Shown piece by piece: positions 27,305 to 40,808 of a stretch of 64,000 nt of DNA (within the stretch, counting starts at the first letter, position 1; every line of letters starts with the position of its first letter). Origin of the DNA: Paraspadella gotoi (Eukaryota > Animalia > Chaetognatha); contig JBJCIZ010000239.1 in the NCBI GenBank assembly GCA_051294375.1, forward strand, positions 5,971,074 through 6,035,073, read 5' to 3'. The notes below the pieces were generated by a model. The model saw nothing but the letters and a program-made list of their open reading frames with translations, made no database searches and was not told where the DNA came from. The translations under genes and the position numbers were made by a program.

Positions 27305-28366
27305 TCCTCGTTCTCCCCCTGTGCTTTTTTATCCCTTTAATTGTTCCGTCGTCCCGGTCTGTTAACTTATTAACATTATATTACATTACATTTTTATTGT
27401 GCTAATTTTCTCATTTCGAGAAAAAAGAATCAAGTCAAATCTTCCCCTCCTATTTATTTTCATCTTTTTTTTCTCTTTCCTTTCCTCTTTCCTCCCCTCC
27501 TTTTTTCCTCTTTCCTTTTCTCTTTTTTTCCTATTACCTTTCCTCTTTTTTTCCGATATCCTTCCCTCCTTTTTCCCTATTTGCTCCCCTCCTTTTTTCC
27601 ACTTTCCTTTTCTCTTTTTTTCCTATTTCCACTCCTCCTTTTTTCCTATTTCCTTTCCTCCTTTTCCCTATTTCCTCCCCTCCTTTTTTCCTCTTTCATT
27701 TTCTCTTTTTTTCCTATTCCCTCTCCTCCTTTTTTCCTATTTCTTTCCCTCCTTTTTCCCTATTTCCTCCTCTCACTTTTTCTTCTTTCCTTTCCTCCTT
27801 TTTTTCTTTTCTTTTCTTTCCTCCTTTTTCATCGTTAGCGCCCAATCTATGCAGGTCTGAACAGCCTCAGTCAACGCCCTTCTCTCTTCCCTTTTTATTT
27901 CTCGGGGGATCAGTCTGTCGAAAAACAACAACAACAAAACAACATCAACAACAACAACGACACTCATAACAACCAAAAGCAAGAATGTTTGCTAAAAAAA
28001 ACTTTTTAAGTCAGTCTATAGGCGAATTACGCCACGCATTATGTTACTTCTTATTTTAATCACTAAAGTATAAGATTGTTGCAATCAATACAAAATTATT
28101 TATTCTTTCAATTATCAAGCTATTTTGCCTGTTGGCTTTGAACAGGCTATAGACAGGCAATAGACCTTCGACTGAGCTTGCAGACCCGACGAGGTTACCA
28201 AGCATAGGGGCTGACGGGTAGAAGAAAGCTGATTGGAAAACGGTTGAGGGAGAACAAGCAAATTGTTTCATTGTTTAAACTTTCCTCTCGCTGAACCGTC
28301 CGACTTTCTCACTCAATCATTCATCGTTAATTCGTCGTTGAGTTATGAGATACGTGAGGGAGAAGG

Positions 28367-28421
<55 letters not shown>

Positions 28422-28486
28422 TCATCTACCCCTCTTTTTCTGCCTCGTCTTTTCTTGCACCAGAAATCCCGAGGGAAGTTGAAATG

Positions 28487-28522
<36 letters not shown>

Positions 28523-28826
28523 TCTTGATGCAGTTTTGTTGTCAACTTCAGGTATATACCTTTTGTTCCTAATGAGAACTAGTCTTTTTAAAGTAACGAA
28601 CGTTTTTTCTCACCTTTTTTATTGTTTTTTTTTGGTTTCGAAAACTGACTTAAGTTTATGAGCGACCAAGTCAATCAAAACTGTTCATGACTCCATCTCG
28701 CGATAATGATGATTTATAACCTTTTCTAGGAAATCATGAAGAGGCTGAAAAAAAAACAAAGTAAAGCATTTTGACGCGTTGCGAAAAGTCTCACTCTGGT
28801 TTTAATAAAATCTATCTCTCTCTCTC

Positions 28827-28886
<60 letters not shown>

Positions 28887-29003
28887 CTTCTCTCTCTCTC
28901 TCTTCCAATATTTTCGAAAGACGGAACGATGTTTTCTTTCGTCCTAAACTTTAGCATATGAAATCGAATTCTTTAATCTCTTTCTTTCTTAATTTAGTCT
29001 TTC

Positions 29004-29090
<87 letters not shown>

Positions 29091-29258
29091 CTTCTACTCT
29101 CTATCTTCCTATTCCCCGGAAGACACCAAAATAAAATCTTCGTGTTTTCATAACAAAAAATGACGAACTGCGCAAAAAACATTGTTTCACATTTAACAAG
29201 CTATAGATACATTTTACAAGCTACAAAGCGATAAAAATTGTTCCCCTATACAATTTTG

Positions 29259-29631
29259 TCGGCCCCATTCTCTCAGAACGCCCCAATTTATTTTAAATAC
29301 GAAATTAAATTAATTTTTTGTGTTGAAGATTAGGTTAGACGTTAGGGTCAGTGACTTGAATTGTTTTTAGGCTCAGGGATTAGCGTTAAAGATTAGAGTT
29401 AAAGATTAGGATTAAAAATTACTGATAAGAGTTTAGGATTCGGGTTCAGGATTTGGTTAAGGTTAGTATTAAGGATTGGTTCATAAGTTTAATAAAATAT
29501 TTACATTAAATATTGAGACTAAAAGTAAATTGTTGAAAAACAAACGGAAAGGGTGCACAAACAAACAAACAAACAAACAAACAAACAAACAAACAAACAA
29601 ACGGAAAGGGTGCACTCTCGGAAAAGAGAGC
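29259..29631. mobile_element. TTAGGG-core MITE-like copy
   Basis: tcggccccattctctcagaacgccccc...cactctcggaaaagagagc, with near-direct flanks aattttg and aatttttg. Confidence 0.6.
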
Positions 29632-31299
29632 AATTTTTGATGGATGTTTAAAGATGCTTTAAATTCGTTTGCACCTGCGTAAATAATTATCTTTTCTTTA
29701 CACTTGTCAAATGTTATATATGTAGACGTCTGAGTTAGCAGCAGCTGGGATAATATCAGCTGAACTAAAAAAAATTTTTATGCAATACCAATTTCACCAT
29801 TTCACTAAGTTGAATTATTATATTTTTTTAATTTTAAAAATTTTAATAGATTCTATGTATAAATCTAAATATTTCAGTTTGGTTTTATCGTATTTTTCAA
29901 AAGGAAAATCGTATTAGCGATATTATTATAAAAATCTGGTATAAAATATAAAAGATTAATGCTCTTCTCCGTAAAAAAATGTTGTTCCTAAAATCTGCAT
30001 CAAAACTATTAAAAGATTGTAATATCTCTTTATCGTTTATCACTTGGTTGGTTAGCTGATTGCTTGGTTGGTTAGCTGATTGCTTGGCTCTTTGAAATCT
30101 CGCTGTTGCTTAACCAAACTTCCTGATAATAGAAATTGACAAGGAAAAACTCCCCTTGTTGACGGTCGACGCCTCCTTAAGGGAAAGAGAGGATTAGAAA
30201 TATAATCTCTCTCTCTCTTTCTCTACTCTCTCTCTCTCCGTCTCATCTTTCTTTTCTCTCTCTTTCTCCTCTCTCCTCCTCTCCTCTCTTTTCTCTCTCT
30301 TCTCTCTCTCTGTTCTCTCTCTTCTCTCTCTCTCATCTCTTCTCATTCTCTCTCTCACCACAACCTCTCTCCTCATTCCCTCTTTCTTCTCCTCACTCTC
30401 TCATCTCCTCTCTCTCTCTCTCTCTCTCTGTCTCTCCCTCCCACTCTCTATTGTCTTTCCGAGGCTCATTTCCTTCCCCTTTTCTTTTTCTCATAGTTGA
30501 TTTGTTTGTTTTATTTCACGCTTTTCTTCCTCCATTTTTTTCTTCTTTTTTTTCTTTTTTCTCTTTTTTTTTTCTTCCTCCATTCTCCCACACCTCGCAA
30601 AAAAAAAGTTAAGAACGTGAGGCTCGGCGAAGAATGAAAAACTTTTGAAAATAAAAAAAGAGAGAAAAGTAAAGAAAGGTTTTTTTATTATTTTTTTTTT
30701 TGTTGAAAAAAGATTAAAAAAAATAAAGGAATGCAATGAAATGGAGGTAATTAGAAATAGAAAAAGATGTAAAGAGAGAAAGAGAAAGAAGAAAGAAACA
30801 GAGACACAAAAAAAGTAACAGAAAAAAAAACGGAAAAAACGAAAAGAAACGAAAAGAAACAAAGAACAAAGAAAAGGAAAGAAAAATATAAAGAAAGAAA
30901 GAAAGAAAGAAAGAAAAAAAGAAAGAAAGAAAGAAAGAAAGAAGGAAAGAAAAAAAGAAAGAAAGAAAGAGAGAAAGGTAGAAAGAAGGAAAAAAGGAAA
31001 GAAACAAAGAAAGACGAAAAAAAAAGATAATTGAAGAGTTGATGCAAAAACGCCCAAAGACAAGTGACAAACTTCATTCTCTTCTTTTTAAAAACAAAAG
31101 AAAAGCAAAGAAAAAAATAAAATAAAAAATCTTCAAATGTCAAGATGTCAAGAAATCAAGTAGTCAAGATGTTAATATTACAAGATGTCAAGATGTCAAG
31201 AAGTCAAGATGTCAAGATGTCAAGAACTCAAGATTCGTGTCATCCTTTATTTTTTTCGTTAAGTTGCCACTTCTTTCTTTTCTCTTACTTTTTATTTGT

Positions 31300-31330
<31 letters not shown>

Positions 31331-31506
31331 ACTTTTTATTTGTTCTCGCGTTTTAACCTAATGAGTCATTTGCATCCGTTGAGCCATTCGTTGTTGTTGT
31401 TGTCTTCGTTGTTGTTGTTGTCGTTGTTGTTGTTGAAGAGAAAATTTAATTCATGATTTTTTTCTATCTTACTCGCTTTACTTTGGATTTCTTTCTTTCT
31501 TTATTG

Positions 31507-31537
<31 letters not shown>

Positions 31538-31673
31538 TTTTATCTCTTTCTTTCTTTTTTATCTCTTTCTTTCTTCATTTCTTTCTTCATTTTTTTGTTT
31601 GTTTCTATCTTTTTTCTTTCTTTCTTTCTTTATTTTCTTCTTCATTTCTTTCTTTATTTCTATCTTTTTTATT

Positions 31674-31741
<68 letters not shown>

Positions 31742-34700
31742 TAAAAACGTCGACTAAGACGACGACGACGACAACGACGACGACGACGAAAACTTCTCTC
31801 TCTCGGAGGAATAGACTTCGTCGACTTAAAAAGTGACAAAAATTTGTTTTAAGCCTCAAACCAAAAGATAAAATAATTTTATTCTCGTGCAACAAGTATT
31901 TTTGTTTTCAAATTTTCCCGGAAGGATTAAAATCCTTTTTTTAAATACATCTGATGTTGTTTTAAACATCTGTCACATTTCAAAGCCTTTCGAATTTTTC
32001 TGAAAAATTCTCACTATTTGTTTTTTTTTGTGCGTTACTATTTCTTTAATTAATCTTCCTATAAATAATTTTATGAAATCAAATCAAATCAAATCAAATC
32101 AATCAATTAATCTGCCCTGAGTACTCGTCATCATTTGGCAACGAAGACCACAGTCTATCAACGATTTGCCCACAAAAAAGCGACCACAATTAAAACCACA
32201 ACGAGGACCACAGATTCGTCGATTGAGCCACAAGAATCTTCGACGCCGACGGCTCCTAACTTCTCCCTCACTACCACCTCTCTATATGAAAAGAAACGTT
32301 CACTCTCTCTCTCTCTCACTCTCGGGAAATGACGCTTAAATGGAACAAACAAAAAACCTTGTTTCACTAAGTATTGATTATCATCTTCACTTTTCCCTTT
32401 TACTATTAAATGTATCTCGCAGGATGTATTTAATTAAATCACAAAATAATTTAATTCCAGTAAATTAATCAATTAGTAAATAATTAAATCAATATTAACT
32501 TAATTAGTCAATCAATTTCCGCCTCCGGTTCCCCATTCCTTAGCAAAAGCTCCAACTCGTCTTGATGGCTGGTGATTGGAATTAAAATTTTGTTGTGTGG
32601 TAGAAGTGTTGTGATTAAAGCTGGGATAAACAATTTCGATGGGAAATTCGTGTGAGTGGACATTAGTCTTACATTGGAAAAAAAACATAAGGTCGGAAAT
32701 TTTTTTTTTACTAAAAATCTTCTTACTTATTTTTAACCAAATAAATTACTCCAATTAAAATTCATATGGCATGGATAGATTTGAGTTTGAAATTTTGTCT
32801 CGTCGTTGGTAGCGAAAACGTATCGACGAAGCTTGAATATAAATTTCAGTGGAACGTTCACCAGTGGAAATGAGCTTAAATTGAAAATATGAGCACGCAT
32901 TAACCCAATGATTAGATGAGATGAAATTTGTGAGGCCGTAGAAAGTGAGTGAAGAAAGTAGATATTAAAGTTTGACGAGAAATGCACGTATGAAAAAACA
33001 ATTATGCCAAGTTGAAAAAATGACTGCAAGTTAAAAAAATGATGCAAAGTTAAAAAAAAATCTTTAAAACAGCCATAAAGGATCGTCGCTTATCTTGCAT
33101 AAAAGAGAGGAGACGAGACGAGAAAGAGGAAGAGTGAGAGAAGAGAGAGAGAAGAGAGAGACGAGAAGAGAGAGGAGAGGAGAACGGAGAATTGACAATA
33201 AAAATTCTTAAAAGACTCAAGATTCGAAAGCCAGAGCCCCACTATCCACTAGGAAAATTAATGAAAAAAAAACCGGGAAAAACAACGGAGAATGAATCAT
33301 GCGATAAACGAATTGTGATGTACTCAGTTAATTTATTGAGTAACTAACTAAATTGATTGACTGTAATTAAGTCAATTTATTGATGTAATTGCTTGGACAT
33401 AAACTTCTCGTCGTGAAATTAATTCATTGATTCGAATGCATTAATCAAATTATTTGATGCAGCATTGGGATATCATTTTCACTGCTGTGTGATGATAGTC
33501 ATTCAGTTTGATGCATGCATATGTCCATCATTTTGAATTCGACATGATTGTCTTCACTTTGATTGCGATGATATCATAACAACAAACAAAATGCCGTGTA
33601 TGAGTGAAGAGAGAGAGAGACGAAAGAGAGAGACGAGAGAGACGAGAGAGAAGAGAGAGAGAGAGAGAAGAGAGAAAAGACGAGAGAGAAGAAGAAGAAG
33701 GAGGAAGCAAGAGAAGGAGAGAGAGAGAGAGAGACGGAAAGAACAAGGGATAATCCACGAAATTCTCGGATGCAAAATACTGGGATTATTGTATTGAAAA
33801 GCGCCGCGAATAAATGCGGCATATAAAAAGTTTTTAGAAGCGAAAAAAATAATCAGAATTTTTCAAAAAAACCAAAACGATCACGCAAAAAGACTCGGAA
33901 ACACGATAGGAGACCAAGCGACACACACAGAGAGGACAGAAGAACAGAGAAGAGAGAGAGAACAAAGGAGACGAGCACGAGCAGCGGACAAGCCTCGCAG
34001 AGCAGAAAAGGAGAAAGAAGAAAGAGCGATATATTAATATTAAACGAAGAGGGAGAGAGAGAGAAAAAGCTCTTAACAGCGCCCCTTTACTCGTTAACAC
34101 AGAATCAAAGGCAGTACTTTATTGCGCCGCACGTAGGCCGTGACTATTCTCTACCGGGTTCCGCCCTATTCGCGGCATCCGTTTGTTACATTAGTGAAAC
34201 CCACCATTATATCTAAAAAAATTTTTGTAAAAAAAAAAAAAGAGAGAGAGAGAGAGAGAGGACGCGAGCAGACGAGAGAGGAGACAGGACGAGAGAAAGA
34301 AGCTGGACCAGGACGCTGGCAGAGCCGGAACTTCGCTTTTTTAGACAGAAGCCAGCTGAACGAGAAAAAGCAGAGAGAAGAGAGACGACTATAATTTAAA
34401 ACGTTGTTTGTAATAAAACAATAAAACACAATTTTACGGGAATATTTCGATATGAAACATGAGAATTTTACAAGATCTTGATTGATTAGGAAGCCATAAT
34501 ATGAAAATTCAACTCCCTATGACATCACACTTTCAAAAAGCCATGGATTGCCAAAAAAAAGCGAGACCGCAAAGCTAACCGAAAAAAAATCTAGACAGGC
34601 ATGGGCTTGGCCCGCCCTGGCTCGATAATAGAGGATATTTGTTGTTTTGATAAAAATGTAAACAAAACATTTAAAAACTGTCCTGGGACTTCTCAAAATT

Positions 34701-36185
34701 TTAAGGGACAACTCGATTGAACTGACAAGCTGAATATAAATTCATTAACATTAATCTATTAATTAATATTAATTAATATTAATTAATTAATTAATCCTAA
34801 TTAATTAATTAATTAATTCAATTAATTAATTAATTTCGTAGGCAGATCCGACATTGTTTGCTCAAACTTTTCCTTATCATTTTTATTAGGAACTACATGT
34901 TAATCTTTTTTGAAATAGATAACATCAGTACAATTATATTTTTTATTAGCTCCTTATAATTATTGAAAAATTAATTTTCCCATTTTCTTAAGTCCTTAAA
35001 TATATAACCCTGACTTTGTAGTTTTTGCTTAAATTATAGCTCTTGAAGAAAAAATCTGTAAACGTCGAACATATTCTTGCATTCTTACATTAATTGGCTA
35101 TAAAATACACCTAGTGGCTTGCTTTTTAGGATACAACTGTCCATATATGGATAATTAACTACTTCAAAGACAAAGGAATCCCTTTTATCATAAACCAAGA
35201 GTAAGATTTTTTGTTTTCTGATTTAATGTTTATGTCTAAATAATCTACATTTGTATCTGACTATTAGATTTATTGACAGTAAGTGCTGCTGGATATATGT
35301 TGCAAGATGTATTTAAAAATCCTTAAAATTCGGCTGAAAAAGGTCATCAATATAATCTTGAGCAATTTTTAAATTGTCTAGCGATTCCTAAATTATTTGT
35401 TTTTTATATTTTCCCATATATGTTGACTTCAAAATAAATAACAAACATATTAGCAATATTTGACCAGAATCTAGCTCCAATTGGTATCCTATGTTTGTTT
35501 ATATATTAGGGAGCGCAAATTGACAAAAAACATTATCTAAATAAAGTTGAGGACAATATTAAATCTTTCTCAGTAAAAAGAAATATAACCTTTATTCTTA
35601 GTATTTGAAAAATATGCTTTATTGTGATTTACATTTATTTATTATTAGATTTTATTATATTAGATTTTCGAGAAACAAAAATTTGCTTTTTGTCGAAAAT
35701 TTTTTTTTTTTAAAATTCGTGAGAGAGAAAACTTGGAGAAGAAAAAGTTCCGAGTCGAAGAAAATGTGAAAGACAGAACAGACAAAGGAGAAAGCAGAAG
35801 ACGAGAGAGGAGAGAGAGAGAGAGGAGAAAGACGGAGAGAGGGGAGGGGAGAGAGGAGAAGTGAGATGCAGAATCCTTATTTTCGCGTCCCCCAACGAGA
35901 GATATAAGGAGGAGCGCAGAGGGAGGAGGAGATGAGGCAGCGAGGAGGAGGGAGGATTCCCGCCAAGATACGAGGCGTGTAAACAGATACNNNNNNNNNN
36001 NNNNNNNNNNNNNNNATAAAAATAAAAGATAAAAAATATTCAAAAAAGAAACAATAAAAAAATTGAATAAAGAAAAAATATAACTTTAAAATTAGACATT
36101 GTGGTATAATCCTTTCTTTTCGTTGTGTAATAATTATTAGAAAAGTTTGAAATGAATTTTCAACAACGATTTTATTTTTAATAAA

Positions 36186-36228
36186 AAACGGACATGTTTC
36201 GGCTTAACTACAAGCCTTCATCAGCTGA
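36186..36228 (-). ncRNA. minimal type I hammerhead ribozyme (inverted partner)
   Basis: gacatgtttcggcttaactacaagccttcatcag is the exact reverse complement of the + strand core. Confidence 0.78.
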
Positions 36229-36233
36229 TCATC

Positions 36234-36276
36234 AATGCTGATGAAGGCTTGTAGTTAAGCCGAAACATGTCCCGTT
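36234..36276 (+). ncRNA. minimal type I hammerhead ribozyme (PLE-type)
   Basis: CUGAUGA-A-GGCUU(guaguu)AAGCC-GAAAC-AU-GUC: intact catalytic core, 5-bp stem II, palindromic ACAUGU stem III, GUC cleavage triplet. Stem I is weak. Confidence 0.8.
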
Positions 36277-37464
36277 TTTTATTAAACAAAATAAAATCGT
36301 TGTGAAAATCATTTCAAACTTTCTAAATAACTTTAAAATTATATCAATCGCACATTAAAGGTGCCCCTATAGACCTTTACCCGGGTAAAATGGTAATCCG
36401 CTAATCAGAACATACAAAATTCTACAATGGTAAGCTTATCCCTATTGGTAAAAAAAAAATCATGTATACTTGGTCACGCCTCAAAAAATATCCATTCCCA
36501 CCCCTTTCTCTTCCAGACCTCTTAGATAATTATGATTTTCATTAATGACTTTCTAACAGAAATACTGTGTGATATCTATTAGAAAACTAGGCAGATAGTA
36601 AATACTAACCTTGTGTGTATAATGCTGCCTCTATTTCCAGAAGAACAAACACTGACTTCCCCTATCCCAAAATTGAAATTATTAGAATACATAAAACATT
36701 TTAAAGAAAAGAAAGCAATAATCATTTGATTAAATAATAATATTAAATACTAAAATCCTTCATAAATACTTAAAAATAGAAAAAATAAGTGAAACAAGTA
36801 ATTTGCAAATTTTCATTCAATATTATATCATCATAATATTCAATTATTATTGTTTAATATTTTTGTATAATGTATTGGAATTTAATGACTACAAAGTCCC
36901 TTTTTTTTGTCAAATCTTTTTTTTTGTTGTTTATTAAAAATGGCGATACGAACGAAATTATTTGAAACAGAAAATATGTCAATCTTGTGCGGAAAAAAAA
37001 ATTAATAAAAACAAAAATATAAAAACATTTTTTTTCTCAAAATGTTAATGCATTTTTTTTTTATAATTGGATAAATCCTTCGGTTAAAAAACAAAACAAC
37101 AAACAATCAGGAATTCAATTACTGATAATCCCGATGTCACAAACACTACTCGGTATAATAGAATCTCTCTCTCTCTCGTCTCTCTCTCTCTCTCCTAAAA
37201 CGCACCAGACTCTCTCTGCTCTCTCCCTCTCTCTCTCTCCTCTCCCTCCTCCGTAATAATAATATCGACCAAATATATCATTCCTAAAAAAAAAAAATCA
37301 AAAAAAAAGAAAGAACAAAACAAATAAAATTATTACAATTAATGAATCTCAAGTAGTAACCAGAGTTTATTGAAAAAGAAAAGTAAAAACTTTCCTTCTT
37401 TAGTCGACCGTAAAAACTCGTCGTCTTCATCGTCGTCGCTTTCGTCGTCGTTTCTGTCGCCGTC

Positions 37465-37502
<38 letters not shown>

Positions 37503-40500
37503 CGTGCTGATCGCTTTCTCACTGAAGCGACTTTTACTTTCGAGTAATTTTATGGCATCTTTCTTTTTTTTCTTTCTATCAATTTGATCTATTTTTACAA
37601 TATTTTTACAACTTCTGTTTTCATAAACGGTTTTCATCTCACTGTTTGCTATTTATCTTTTNNNNNNNNNNNNNNNNNNNNNNNNNAAGAGAGAGATAAT
37701 CAGCAATAAGCGATGATTTTCAAATAGCTTAAGAATAAAGTTATATTTCTTTTACTGAGAAAAATTAAATATGGTCCTCAACTTTATTTTAGAATAATGT
37801 TTTTTGTCAATTTGGCTCCCTAATATATAAACAAACAATTAGATACCCAATTGGACTAGATTCCTGGTCAAGATATTGCTAATATGTTGTTATTTATTTT
37901 GAATCAACATAATATGGAAAATATGACAAAAAATCAATTTAAGGAACGCTAGACAATTTAAAAATTGCTCAAGATATATTGATGACCTTTTTTCAGCCGA
38001 TTTAAGGATTAAAAATACATCTTGCCAACATATATCCACAAGCACAACTTACTGTCAATAACATCCAGTAAATAGTACAGATACACATGTAAGAAAATTA
38101 AATTTAGACATAAACCATTAAATCAGCAAACAGAGGAGGAGCGAGCGCATCGCTACACGGGATCGATAAAGGGATTCCTTTTCTTTTGAAAGTAGTCTAA
38201 TTATCATATATGGAGCATTGTAACTTCCCTAAAAAAAGGCAGCACTAGGTGTATTTATTAGCCAACTTAACATAATGATAATGCAAGAATATGTTCGAAC
38301 GTTTAAACAGATTTTCTTCAAACGAGCTATTAAAATATTAAAGCAAAAAAACCTTACAAAGTCAGGGTTAATTATATTTAAGGACTTAAAAAACAATGGG
38401 AAATCTAAATTTTCAATAATTATAAGGAGCTAATCAAAAAATATAACTGTTACTGAATGTTAAATCTATTTTCAAAAAAAGATTATACATGAATAGTATC
38501 CCTAATAAAAAATGAAAGGAAAAAAATAACAAAATGAACCCATCTAAATAAACATTATAATAAAACAAATCACAATATTATTTAAATAACTTATTTAACT
38601 TAATTTAACTTATTTAACTCTCATGATTTAATTATATTTTTAACTTTTACCAATTAAACTTAATGTTAACTTCCACATAAACATATCCCTCAAATTATTA
38701 ACTTATTATTAAACTAAATTAATTTAACTTATTTATTTATACAAATTACAAATTATTACAAACCTGGAATAAAATTCTGCTCTAAAATCAATGATGCTGT
38801 GAAGCAGGGCTTTGGGGTCTGTTCAGAAATAACATTCAAGATATAAATCTTAAAAATATAAGATAAGCAACAAAATGAACAGGATACACCATTTGTGATG
38901 GCTCCGCCTATACCATGGATATTGGCGATTAAAGAGCCGAACATCCAATGAAGGGTATAGGTTCCCAACTGATGAACTCCCATTGTAAATAAAAATAAAA
39001 GATAAAAAATTATTCAAAAAAGAAACAATAAAAAAATTGAATAAAGAAAATATAAACTTTAAAAATAAGACCATTGGGTATAATCCTTGCTTCTTCGTTT
39101 TGTTGGTAAATCAATTATTAGAAAAGTTTGAAATGAATTTTCACAACGATTTTATTTTAAATAAAACGGCAACATGTTTTCGGACGTTAACTAACAAGCG
39201 CTTCAATCACACTGACTCATACAATGCCTGATGAAAGGCTTGTAGTTGAAACGAAACATGTCCCGTTTTTTATTAAACAAAATAAAATCGTTGTGAAAAT
39301 CATTTCAAACTTTCTAAATAACTTTAAAATTATATCAATCGCACATTAAAGGTGCCCCTATAGACCTTTACCCGGGTAAAATGGTAATCCGCTAATCAGA
39401 ACATACAAAATTCTACAATGGTAAGCTTATCCCTATTGGTAAAAAAAAAATCATGTATACTTGGTCACGCCTCAAAAAATATCCATTCCCACCCCTTTCT
39501 CTTCCAGACCTCTTAGATAATTATGATTTTCATTAATGACTTTCTAACAGAAATACTGTGTGATATCTATTAGAAAACTAGGCAGATAGTAAATACTAAC
39601 CTTGTGTGTATAATGCTGCCTCTATTTCCAGAAGAACAAACACTGACTTCCCCTATCCCAAAATTGAAATTATTAGAATACATAAAACATTTTAAAGAAA
39701 AGAAAGCAATAATCATTTGATTAAATAATAATATTAAATACTAAAATCCTTCATAAATACTTAAAAATAGAAAAAATAAGTGAACAAGTAAACTTTGCAA
39801 TTTTCATTCAATATAAATCAATCATAATATTCAATTATATATGTTAATATTTTTGTAATAATGTAATTGGGAATTTAAAATGACTACACAAAAGTCCCCT
39901 TTTTTTTGTTCAAAATCTTTTTTTTGTTGTTTTATTAAAAAAATGGCGAGACGAACGAAATTATTTAAACAGAAAATAATGTCAATCTTGTTGCGGAAAA
40001 AAAAAATAATAAAAACAAAAATATAAAAACATGTTTTTCTCAAATGTTAATCGCCATCTTTTTTTTATAATTGGATAAATCCTTCGGTAAAAAAAAAAAA
40101 CAACAAACCAATCAGGAAATTCAAATTACTGATAAATCCCGAATGTCACAAACACTACTCGTAAATAGAATCTCTCTCTCTCTCGTCTCTCTCTCTCTCT
40201 CCTAAAACGCACCAGACTCTCTCTGCTCTCTCCCTCTCTCTCTCTCCTCTCCCTCCTCCGTAATAATAATATCGACCAAATATATCATTCCTAAAAAAAA
40301 AAAATCAAAAAAAAAGAAAGAACAAAACAAATAAAATTATTACAATTAATGAATCTCAAGTAGTAACCAGAGTTTATGAAAAGAAAAGTAAAAACTTTCT
40401 TCTTTAGTCGACCGTAAACAACTCGTCGTCTTCATCGTCGTCGCTTCGTCGTCGTTTCTGTCGCCGTCCTCGTCGTCGTCGTCGTCGTCGTCGTCGTACG

Positions 40501-40774
40501 GTCCGTCGTCGACGTGCTGATCGCTATTCTCACCTGAAGCGACTTTTAACTTTCGAGAATTTTATGGCATCTTTCTTTTTTTTCTTTCTATCAATTGATC
40601 TATTTTTAACAAATATTTTTACAACTTCTGTTTTCATAAACGGTTTTTTCATCTCACTAGTTTGCTAATTATCTTTAAATGGGGAAAGCGAGAGAGAGAG
40701 AGAGAGAGAAATAGAGAGAGAAGAAGAGAGAGAAGAGAGAGAGAGAGAGACGAGAAGAGAAGAGAGTAGGAGAA

Positions 40775-40808
<34 letters not shown>

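Larger units (their letters stand above)
36095..36326. mobile_element. Penelope-like element (pLTR) remnant: inverted duplication flanked by a 15-bp TSD
   Basis: ATAACTTTAAAATTA at 36080-36094 and 36327-36341. Inverted arms of about 90 bp each contain a hammerhead core. A noisy duplicate lies at about 39070-39316. Confidence 0.75.
34870..40677. other. complex duplicated block around N gaps
   Basis: 36016-37662 is directly repeated at about 38990-40677. 34870-35615 is the reverse complement of about 37715-38520. Gaps at 35991-36015 and 37663-37686. Confidence 0.75.

Noticed and set aside
26845-28550. Series of micro-exon-like AG..GT segments (26846, 27839, 28146, 28463)
   Set aside because: They can be joined only into a very short, uninformative peptide; support is insufficient.
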